Shown here in pieces: positions 36,611-44,646 of a DNA stretch of 64,000 nucleotides; positions within the stretch are counted from its first letter, which is position 1, and the number at the start of each line of letters is the position of its first letter. Origin of the DNA: Sulfurimonas sp. (GTDB lineage Bacteria; Campylobacterota; Campylobacteria; Campylobacterales; Sulfurimonadaceae); the NCBI GenBank assembly GCA_027019325.1, contig JALUWT010000018.1:1296-65295 (forward strand), in the 5' to 3' direction. Under the pieces are notes generated by a model. The model made no database searches. It was not told the origin of the DNA and was given only the letters and a program-made list of their open reading frames with translations. Both the position numbers and the translations under genes were made by a program.

Positions 36611-39600
36611 ATTGTTCTCCTATTGGTTTTTCCAGTTCCCGTAGTATTAGTTGTTGCATTTGTTTCATGTTTCCCAACCCAACCATTTCCTGCTTTGTTG
36701 AATTCTACTTGAAAAGAGTTGGTTGTTGCGTTAGGATTATTTTCATTATATATAAGCCAATTTGAGGCATTAACTTCTATAGAACTGCTGTAAGGATAAC
36801 CGAGTGAACCGTTGTATAAAAGGTTCACTTGTGCTGGGTTTGTTGTGTTGTTTAAATTATTTGGAAATATATTTCCCAGACCTCCACTTTCTATTACTTG
36901 GCTAACATTTCCATCATTACTAGGACTATGTAGGATGTTTTGGTACCAACGAATATCATTTACATGTTGCGGGTTTGGTTGTAATAGCGTTGTTGGAAGC
37001 AGCGTTGTGTCACAGCCAGCACCATAGCAATATATCTCATAATAGATATTTGCTTGATATGGATTATCGGTAGGAACTTCATAACGCTGTTTCCCAGCAT
37101 TTGCACGACCATAATAAAACTTAATAGGGATTGTCGTATTAAGATCTTTTTTCATTTCCGGTGTCTTGTTACTCACAAGATCTGCATTTCTAAAACAAGC
37201 TGTACCTGCAGTACAGTTGACATCGTAAGATAGGAATGTGATAGTGTTAGGGTTTACAGTTTTGGTTACATTTCGATCATAATTTAAATTGAGATATGTC
37301 TGGATGCGTCCATTGGATGTTTGATAGAAATGGGCTGTTGTGAGATTAAAATCAAATTTTGCTACAGTAGGTGCTGTATCTGCTCTATTTACATCCAATA
37401 ATTGTATAGGTTGCTTGGTTGTAGTGTTGATATCATGAAATCTTGCTCTAAAATTGACATGATTACCTGTAGTATCATTTAAATCTCTATTTGTTGTTTG
37501 AATAGTAATGGTTAGTGGTAAAGCATAGCATTTGTCAACAAAATTATTAAGAGTACTATTATTCTCTCCTAGTGCTGCGATGGTGCCATTAAGATGATAA
37601 GACATATTTTCATCAGCACTATTATTAATGTCTGAGGTATAAACAAAAAAGTTACTGAGAAGGTCAACTGGTTGGTAATTTGTTCCTACAGTAGGGATGA
37701 TAGGACTACCACCTCCAGATCCGTTTATGTCAAACTTGTAAGGATAAAAGCTAACATTTAAATCTACATATTGAATACTGCTACTGCTACTTAGATGCGT
37801 TGTATGCGTACTGTTAATATCGCATCCTGTTAAGTTGTCATTCATGCTAGATTGATCCACAAAATCACTATTGAGAACACAGTCTGTACCTGGGAGAAAA
37901 TGAGCTGAGTAAGGTGCAAGATAATGGTTAGTTCTATTGATATCTTGTAAATAATTTAAATCACTGTCAATAGCTGTCCATGTCGTATCACTAACATTTA
38001 AACTGTAGACACCGACTTGATCTAAGCTAGTATTGTTATCAACCATACCATTGCCAAAGTTTACATTGAAACTATAATTCCCATCATCATTACATCCGCT
38101 CACATCTTTTCCTAGAACAGGTGACCATGTGTATTTTGTAGTAATCCCTTTATAGTATCCGAGCGAAGCATTATTATCTAAATGGTTTGTAGCATTGATT
38201 TCTAAAATGTATTGATAACCTGCTGCCAGATTAGTATGTGTAGCTGTTGGAACTATATTACTGACAATTAGCGGCTCATTTGGAGTAGTAATAGTTTGAT
38301 TTTGATCTTTTATATTTATGTGAAAAGCCTCTGGGCGTACTGCGAAGTTATCTCTTGAACAGATGTATTTTGTATTGTACCCATAAATACACTGTTGGCA
38401 TGCAACTAGTTGGTCATAGTTCATAGCAGATGCAGTTGCTGTCCCTGCGTTGTTACACCAAGATGCTACAGTATCAGTATTGTTTGGGTTTCCATCCATA
38501 TCTTGAAGGCAGTTATTCCCTGCTAAAGATGGAAAATTATCAACATTCCATGCAATGGCAACTCCATTACTATATGCAACAGGTACTAAATGCAATGCAC
38601 CTGTACTATTTCCATCTGTATTATAACTTACTCTAAATGTAGTATTAACACGTGCTTCATCTGGAGCTAAGGCAACTTCTGCTTGCGCTACATTATTAAT
38701 TGTAGTCCATACTCTTTTAGAGATTGCATTACTCTCTTCATTACAAGAGGCTGCTGTGTCATGAAATGCTCCTAAGTCAACGAGGTCTACAGCAACAATA
38801 ACCGAGCCATTGATATCTTTGAGTGTATCTAGATTGTTTTCGTCCATTGACACAACAGAAACATTAGGAGTTCTATTAACCACTTGTGTATTCAAATTAT
38901 AGATAAGATTGCTGTTTCCTGGCGTATAATTAGGGTTTAAATCATCTTCAACAATATTAAAAATACCATAAGCTGGTTTATATCTTGAAGCACCACCTCC
39001 ACAAATTGGCACATCTTTATCGATGAGACTCGAACGTGCTATTGTAACACTTTGAGTTGCTGAAAGTGGAATAGTAATATTATAGTCAAGTCTTGCTACA
39101 AGAGGCATAGAAATGTGTGACATTTTTGGATCAAGAGAAAAGTAGGTGTAAAAATTTTCAAAGCTGTTAAATGAGTTTATAGGAATATTGCTGATATTAC
39201 TATCAGTTGTTGTCATACCTTGTGTATTGTCAGGGATTGGTGTTGGATAAACATTTCCGGGCTGTGTTACGGAGACAGAATTTGGTAAGTATATCGCTTG
39301 TGTGGTGTTTATGTCCAATACATTGAGTTTGACATTACTTACTTGCAAGTCAGATGCCTCTTGATTTTTGAAATACATTGCAATTTGTAAAGGATTAGTT
39401 TGTGAAACATCTGTATCAATATAAGGACCAACACTGTTGTTGTAATCAGCAGTTATATATCTTCCGTTTTGTTTATATGCATAATCATAACAAAGATTAG
39501 GGGCTCGAAGACCACGTATTTTGTTAATAAATACACCTGTATCCCACTGATAATCTCCAGTATCGGCAATTGCCATTTTAAAATGATATGTTTGTCCAGG

Positions 39601-40449
39601 TGTTAAATTGTCTAGGGTTGCATGTAAAGTGTGGGTTAATCCATCATATTCCACTGCTACAGGAGAATTTGTTTGGGTACAGCCTATATCAATACCATAA
39701 TTATTCAAAGCATCCTCACTAGTCTGTTTATTACAATTATCGATGTAGAATCGGGCGTTACTATAATCTACATTTCCGGTAGCAGGGTAAATAGTTGCAT
39801 AATATCCAGGAGTTCCATTATTTACATTATTTACTGTTACAGGGTCATAATTATTTATATCACTAATCTTAACATATGTTTGATTGTCAACTACCCTTGC
39901 GATATTATAAACAGTATTGGCAGGCAAATCACCTCCCCAAATGAAAAAACCAAAGGCATCATTGAATTGAGAACCAACAAATTCATTATACTCTTCCGAA
40001 GCAAATTGATAATCTATAAGAAGTAAACGTGTATTTGCATCCAATGTTACATCAAACGTAAGTACAATAGGATTATAAATTGCGCTAGCGTCAATACCTG
40101 TTAAGTCGGGGTCACTGTATGTGCCTGATGCTTGTATGGATGTGTGCCAAGAGGTGTTTTGTTTAAAGGAATCTTCTACACTCATTCCTGTTAAAGTAAT
40201 CCCTTCATCTATCTCTAAGCCAGCTCCATTGATACCATTAGAAAATATGCCAACTTGTGTTCCATCGCCATGACGTATTTGAGGATTCGTAATAGTAATA
40301 CCATTACCTTGAATTTTTGCAGCTAATTCTGCAGCAGTCACATCATAAGAACAATTAGCAGTTGTTCCCGTACAAGCAGTTGCTGCATTTAAAGATGTTG
40401 CACTCATAATGAAAAATAGTATGGTGTAAAATTGTATAAAGGCTTTCAT
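36604..40449 (-). CDS. Large secreted pilus-tip adhesin (MshQ/PilY1-like) with N-terminal choice-of-anchor-L-like domain
   Basis: Sec signal from ATG 40449 (AAGGGG RBS); head motifs YQFASEEYNEFVGSQFNDAFGFF, EYDGLT and PGQTYHFKMAIADTGD..WDTGVF; Asn/Thr-rich beta body; FYYGR; terminal RRTMW; coupled to three pilins. Confidence 0.72.
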   Translation of the reverse strand: MKAFIQFYTILFFIMSATSLNAATACTGTTANCSYDVTAAELAAKIQGNGITITNPQIRHGDGTQVGIFSNGINGAGLEIDEGITLTGMSVEDSFKQNTSWHTSIQASGTYSDPDLTGIDASAIYNPIVLTFDVTLDANTRLLLIDYQFASEEYNEFVGSQFNDAFGFFIWGGDLPANTVYNIARVVDNQTYVKISDINNYDPVTVNNVNNGTPGYYATIYPATGNVDYSNARFYIDNCNKQTSEDALNNYGIDIGCTQTNSPVAVEYDGLTHTLHATLDNLTPGQTYHFKMAIADTGDYQWDTGVFINKIRGLRAPNLCYDYAYKQNGRYITADYNNSVGPYIDTDVSQTNPLQIAMYFKNQEASDLQVSNVKLNVLDINTTQAIYLPNSVSVTQPGNVYPTPIPDNTQGMTTTDSNISNIPINSFNSFENFYTYFSLDPKMSHISMPLVARLDYNITIPLSATQSVTIARSSLIDKDVPICGGGASRYKPAYGIFNIVEDDLNPNYTPGNSNLIYNLNTQVVNRTPNVSVVSMDENNLDTLKDINGSVIVAVDLVDLGAFHDTAASCNEESNAISKRVWTTINNVAQAEVALAPDEARVNTTFRVSYNTDGNSTGALHLVPVAYSNGVAIAWNVDNFPSLAGNNCLQDMDGNPNNTDTVASWCNNAGTATASAMNYDQLVACQQCIYGYNTKYICSRDNFAVRPEAFHINIKDQNQTITTPNEPLIVSNIVPTATHTNLAAGYQYILEINATNHLDNNASLGYYKGITTKYTWSPVLGKDVSGCNDDGNYSFNVNFGNGMVDNNTSLDQVGVYSLNVSDTTWTAIDSDLNYLQDINRTNHYLAPYSAHFLPGTDCVLNSDFVDQSSMNDNLTGCDINSTHTTHLSSSSSIQYVDLNVSFYPYKFDINGSGGGSPIIPTVGTNYQPVDLLSNFFVYTSDINNSADENMSYHLNGTIAALGENNSTLNNFVDKCYALPLTITIQTTNRDLNDTTGNHVNFRARFHDINTTTKQPIQLLDVNRADTAPTVAKFDFNLTTAHFYQTSNGRIQTYLNLNYDRNVTKTVNPNTITFLSYDVNCTAGTACFRNADLVSNKTPEMKKDLNTTIPIKFYYGRANAGKQRYEVPTDNPYQANIYYEIYCYGAGCDTTLLPTTLLQPNPQHVNDIRWYQNILHSPSNDGNVSQVIESGGLGNIFPNNLNNTTNPAQVNLLYNGSLGYPYSSSIEVNASNWLIYNENNPNATTNSFQVEFNKAGNGWVGKHETNATTNTTGTGKTNRRTMW

Positions 40450-40658
40450 GGTATCCCCTTTTTTAAGCAAAAATCAGTGCATCCAACATCAGGGCTCAAC
40501 ACAAAAAATCACTTGTCCTTACTTTATTGTAGCACTTTTTTCACAAATTTATCTGAAATGGTCTTAAAAAGCGCTTTTTTTGATAAAGAATGGGTGTTTT
40601 TTTATGTTTTCTTTTTGTATAATTTATGATATGTTCTTGTTTTAAACTATAAAAATAT

Positions 40659-41849
40659 TTATTTTATAAAAGAAAAGAGCCAAAGAGGGACTTTATTGTT
40701 ATTTGATGTAAAATCAATATCTAAAGCTAAAAAACTATTGTTTTTATCCTTAATTTGTGAAAAAGTTTTATTTCTTCCACCAACCTCAAAAATATACTTA
40801 TCAACTTTTAAGTCTCCAATGTCGCTATAGAAGATATTTTCAAAACAATTAACAAAGAAAGTCTCTCGAATAGTCCCAATATCAAGTTCTAAATTAATTT
40901 TATCGGCATAGGCATAAAGGATATTGCTATTTGCAAAAAGAATTTTCTGTGGTTTTTTCGATACTTTATTTGAAGATTTTCGCATAGATTTAAATATGCC
41001 TGTCTTATCTAATATACTAAGGTAAGTATAGAGTGTTGGTTCACTTACTCCAAACTCTCTTGCAAGTGCTGCAACATTTACACTAAATGGCTTATTTGCA
41101 GATACCACAAAAAAGATGAGTTTCTCAAAAATGGAAATATGGGAGTAGTCAATTTTATTTAAAGAGGGAATATCTTCATGAATAATTTTATCCAAGGCAT
41201 TAAAGAGTTTACTGTTGAAGCTTTCAATCCCTTCTAAATAAAATGGATATGCACCATATTGTAGATAGTTTTTAAACTCAGCATAGAGATCTTCATATTT
41301 GAACACAAGTTCTTTAGATATCTCACTACTGTTGGACAGTATCTCTTGGAGTGTGTATGATGTAAGTGTAATTCCTTTTTGAATTTCGTAATATTCTTTG
41401 AAACTTAGTACAGGAAGTGTATGTATAACAAGCCTTCTGCTTAAATCGTACTTTTCATATAGAATATTAATCATGGAAGAACCACTGATTCTAATGGTGA
41501 GATCTGGAAAGCTGTCATAGATATTTTTTATCTCTTGCACCCAGTTTTTATACTTATGAACTTCATCTATAATAATTACCCTGCCACCGAGTGAATAGAA
41601 CTCATCTGTTAGTGTGTAGATGCTAGAGTTTGTAAACTCTATATCATCTCCAGTCATATAAAGAGACTTCGCATTATTTGCTTTGATGTATTGAAAGAGC
41701 AGGGTTGTTTTCCCAACACCTCTTGCGCCTATGAGTGCTATGAGTCTTTCGTTGGAGTTTAGAATATCAAAGTACTCTCTTCTAATAAATTTTGTTTCTA
41801 TTTTTGCTAAGACTAGCTCTTGTTTTCTTGTGAAATAGCTAATATTCAT
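40659..41849 (-). CDS. AAA_14/DUF4143-type ATP-binding protein
   Basis: GARGVGKTT, IIIDEVHKY, SGSS, YLQYGAYP, wHTH segment and C-terminal D...FEVGG nuclease-like motif; very AT-rich. Confidence 0.85.
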   Translation of the reverse strand: MNISYFTRKQELVLAKIETKFIRREYFDILNSNERLIALIGARGVGKTTLLFQYIKANNAKSLYMTGDDIEFTNSSIYTLTDEFYSLGGRVIIIDEVHKYKNWVQEIKNIYDSFPDLTIRISGSSMINILYEKYDLSRRLVIHTLPVLSFKEYYEIQKGITLTSYTLQEILSNSSEISKELVFKYEDLYAEFKNYLQYGAYPFYLEGIESFNSKLFNALDKIIHEDIPSLNKIDYSHISIFEKLIFFVVSANKPFSVNVAALAREFGVSEPTLYTYLSILDKTGIFKSMRKSSNKVSKKPQKILFANSNILYAYADKINLELDIGTIRETFFVNCFENIFYSDIGDLKVDKYIFEVGGRNKTFSQIKDKNNSFLALDIDFTSNNNKVPLWLFSFIK

Positions 41850-41969
41850 AATAAATCCTAAAATGTATTTATGGATTATATCATATATTTACTAAATATG
41901 GTTTAGATATTTAATCTTTATAGATCTTTAAAATACCAAAGTTCATAAATACTTAAAACGCCAATTTTA

Positions 41970-42474
41970 GAGGGGGAGATGTTAAATCGTGATAGTGTTA
42001 AAGCTTCTATAAAAAGAAAGCTTGGTTTTGAAAATATTGATTATAAAATAATAGATGAATCAACAGACACCTTATAGAAGTACTTATTGATGTAAATACA
42101 AACTATGAAAAAGATTTAACACTTATTTGATAAAAGCAGCTATTGCACACTTGTGGTTTGTAATCATTCATCCATTTGATGATGGAAATGGCAGGATTGC
42201 TAGGGCTATAACTGATTTGGTACTTTCTAAAATAGAAAATTCCAAGATTTCAAAATTCTATTCTATATCTAGTGTAATTAACAGCGATAGAAAGGGATAT
42301 TATAAAGCATTGGAAAGCACAACAGGGTATGTAAGGAAGAGTGATAATCATTTAGATATTACCATTTGGTGTGAGTGGTTCTTGGCAACACTTCATTGTG
42401 CACTTCTTGATACTAAAAATAAGTTAGGATACATTACTGAGAAAACAAAATTTTGGGATGTATCCAAAATTTAA
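41970..42474 (+). pseudogene. Fic-family (DUF4172-Fic type) pseudogene
   Basis: Fragments EGEMLNRDSVKASIKRKLG, then a frameshift to LIEVLID...KDLTL, then a jump to IKAAIAHLWFVIIHPFDDGNGRIAR; no proper 5' end; cut at KTKFWD. Confidence 0.82.
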
Positions 42475-42572
42475 ATCTGAAGTGCAATTTTTGAAAATTT
42501 GAATAAAGAAAATTGAAATATAAACATTTAACCATAGAAGAACGATACCAGATACAAGCTTATAAAGAGGCA
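42459..42572 (+). mobile_element. IS30-family left-end remnant
   Basis: TTG at 42513 gives MKYKHLTIEERYQIQAYKEA, resembling the IS30 transposase N-terminal HTH. Upstream ...CTGAAGTGCAA resembles an IS30 terminal IR and begins where Fic similarity stops. Confidence 0.65.
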
Positions 42573-42602
42573 AAAAAAAGGCTAAGACCGAAGCCCTAGC
42601 CT
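42572..42602 (-). terminator. Rho-independent terminator with C(UUCG)G loop
   Basis: Minus strand AGGCTAGGGC-TTCG-GTCTTAGCCT-TTTTTTT. Confidence 0.85.
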
Positions 42603-42655
42603 AAATCTCTTATATATCTGTTAGTTAAGCAGACTGGAGTTAAAGTGTTTACACA
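42572..42655 (-). ncRNA. Putative small RNA (~85 nt)
   Basis: Lies between a consensus sigma70 promoter and a UUCG-capped intrinsic terminator, with no plausible ORF on that strand between them. Confidence 0.6.
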
Positions 42656-42661
42656 AAAAGA

Positions 42662-42690
42662 AGTATATCAAAGTATAAATAATATGTCAA
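42662..42690 (-). promoter_or_regulatory. Sigma70 promoter TTGACA-17 nt-TATACT with extended TG
   Basis: Minus strand TTGACA tattatttatactttga TATACT. Confidence 0.7.
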
Positions 42691-42712
42691 AATCAAGGAA
42701 AAAACTTTTTTA

Positions 42713-43170
42713 CTATCGAAACCTTTTAAATACTTTTTCAAAATTAAGAGATAGTCCACACTTTGTCTCTTCAAAATGGTACGTCTCCATAGAAAAATCA
42801 CCCTGCTTGTCGTATTTTTTTTCATCAAGTTTATAAATTTTGGCATATAGGTCATCAGGGTAGACGATGATGTAGTATTTTACTTTCTCTCTTTCATAAA
42901 TGTCAAATTTATACACTTCATCTTTTTTCGCAGTGGATTTAGAGATAATTTCAACAATGATTTCGGGTGCTTTTGTTAGGTACATCTCATGTGTTTCACC
43001 ACAAGTGAGCACTACATCTGGTCTCAGTATGGTTTCATCGTTTATTTTGTAATCTACTTCGCCTACGACTTCACATGATTCACACTCTTAAATTTGATTT
43101 CCCAATCACCCTTCCAGAGTTTGTAATCATCGTATGTATAATGAATATCTTCTAATTTTAAAGCACACAT
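42713..43170 (-). pseudogene. Uma2-family PD-(D/E)xK nuclease pseudogene
   Basis: 5' piece MCALKLEDIHYTYDDYKLWKGDWE, then an out-of-frame deletion, then ...LRPDVVLTC...APEIIVEIISKST...KFDIYEREKVKYYIIV. Confidence 0.85.
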
Positions 43171-43297
43171 AAGTCAGCTCCATTTAGCTTTTTGAATTTT
43201 ACTATTATACCTAAACATTAAATTTCTTACAATTTGTTTTTATTGTGTTTTAAGTTCATTTTCAGTGCCAAAAAGCTATACTTCCACTCTTTTAAAT

Positions 43298-43373
43298 GGC
43301 CTGTTAGCTCAGTCGGTAGAGCAAGTGACTGAAAATCACTGTGTCCTTGGTTCGATTCCGAGACAGGCCACCA
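43298..43373 (+). tRNA. tRNA-Phe (GAA)
   Basis: Acceptor GGCCTGT/ACAGGCC, D arm GCTC/GAGC, anticodon arm AGTGA-ctGAAaa-TCACT, TTCGA loop and encoded CCA; 76 nt. Confidence 0.97.
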
Positions 43374-43376
43374 CCT

Positions 43377-43448
43377 TTAAGAAATATTTTCTTTTATCTC
43401 ACCTATAAGATTTTCCTCAAGCTGTTTTAATTTTTGCAAGATCTCCAT
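43377..43448 (-). pseudogene. 5' stub of a HEPN/HepT (DUF86-like) toxin gene
   Basis: AAGGA RBS and ATG overlapping the end of the MNT gene; MEILQKLKQLEENLIGEIKENIS*; ends 3 nt from the tRNA 3' end. Confidence 0.5.
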
Positions 43449-43773
43449 CTGCTATCCTTTGTGAAAAAGCTTCGTTTTGTTCATCTCTTAAAAATATTAT
43501 TTTGTGATTTTGGTAAATATTGTAGGCTAAAAGTGGTGATTTTTTATATAAATCATTTAAAGAGACAAGATCAATCTTACTGCCTGTGATAGCTTCGAGT
43601 TTAGAGATGATTTCACCCATAGTGAAAATGTCCATTTCATTTTTTGTTATGACTGCGATGTCTATATCACTCATAGCATGTTGCGTATTATCTGCGTGAG
43701 AGCCAAAAAGTAAAGCATTTGTGATAACATCATATGACCGCAAAATGTTTTTTATCTCTGAAATTTTCATCAA
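43417..43773 (-). CDS. Minimal nucleotidyltransferase (MntA-like antitoxin), possibly internally deleted
   Basis: LFGSHA...SDIDIAV and KIDLVSLN; C-terminal region short and abrupt. Confidence 0.8.
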   Translation of the reverse strand: MMKISEIKNILRSYDVITNALLFGSHADNTQHAMSDIDIAVITKNEMDIFTMGEIISKLEAITGSKIDLVSLNDLYKKSPLLAYNIYQNHKIIFLRDEQNEAFSQRIADGDLAKIKTA

Positions 43774-43883
43774 ATCCCTTTTTTTATAATTATTTTATTA
43801 TAGCATAGAAAATATTTGTAGTTTAATGGCTATTATATATCTTTTAGATAAAATAACATTCTAATTACATACAGGAACTTTTT

Positions 43884-44630
43884 ATGCAAAAACGATTAAC
43901 CATTTTCCTCTCTCTTCTCTTTTTGACTCTCATGTTTAGCTCGTGTGCAAAAAAGGTTGATGAGTACAATAAGCCGGCAGTGTATTGGTACGGTAAGATT
44001 ATTCAGTCCATTTCTAATGGCAATGTTGACAAAGCAGATGATTATTATTCATCACTGCAAGGAGAACATATTGGCTCCCCCTTACTACCAGAAGCTACGA
44101 TGATACTTGCTATCGCACATATGCATGCTGAAGAGTATCTTCTTACTGAACATTTTTTAAATGAGTATGTGAAGCGTTATGCCAATGAAAATGAGATAGA
44201 GTTTGCAGAGTATTTGAAGGTAAAAGCAAAATACATGGCACTGCCAAATCCTAGACGTGATCAGGTGCTCATATCCGATGCTATTGAAGATGCAAAAACT
44301 TTCAAACAAAAGTACCCACACTCTATGTATTACTCACTTGTTGACAGTATGCTTACAAATCTTTACCTCGCGGATGCCGTGCTTAATGAGACAATTGCCT
44401 CTTTATATGAGCGTATAGACAAACCAAAAGGAGCGGAATATTACCGAGCCATTATGCCTGAAAAATGGATAAATTGGAACGAAGTTGAACGCGCAAATAC
44501 CCCTTGGTATAAAGAGATATTTGAGGGCGACGGTACATCTTCTTGGTATGCATTCTTAATTCCTGACACGCAAAGTGTCGTCTCACGCAACACTGTGCAA
44601 GATACAAATGAAACGAACGAAACAAAATAA
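43884..44630 (+). CDS. bamD: Outer membrane protein assembly factor BamD
   Basis: Lipobox FSSC, TPR helices and RDQ...F...YP.S.Y; precedes lon as in related genomes. Confidence 0.88.
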   Translation: MQKRLTIFLSLLFLTLMFSSCAKKVDEYNKPAVYWYGKIIQSISNGNVDKADDYYSSLQGEHIGSPLLPEATMILAIAHMHAEEYLLTEHFLNEYVKRYANENEIEFAEYLKVKAKYMALPNPRRDQVLISDAIEDAKTFKQKYPHSMYYSLVDSMLTNLYLADAVLNETIASLYERIDKPKGAEYYRAIMPEKWINWNEVERANTPWYKEIFEGDGTSSWYAFLIPDTQSVVSRNTVQDTNETNETK

Positions 44631-44646
44631 GTAAGGACAACTATTT

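Noticed and set aside
40450-40540. c-di-GMP riboswitch in the adhesin leader
   Set aside because: The short leader after TGcTACAAT lacks the GEMM motifs.
42645-42836. 63-aa plus-strand ORF with GGAG RBS, antisense to the sRNA and Uma2 remnant
   Set aside because: It runs antisense through a recognisable pseudogene, has no TM or known motif and no clear promoter; not called as a gene.
43298-43416. Possible prophage or integrative element at tRNA-Phe
   Set aside because: No integrase and no duplicated tRNA 3' end were seen in the window.
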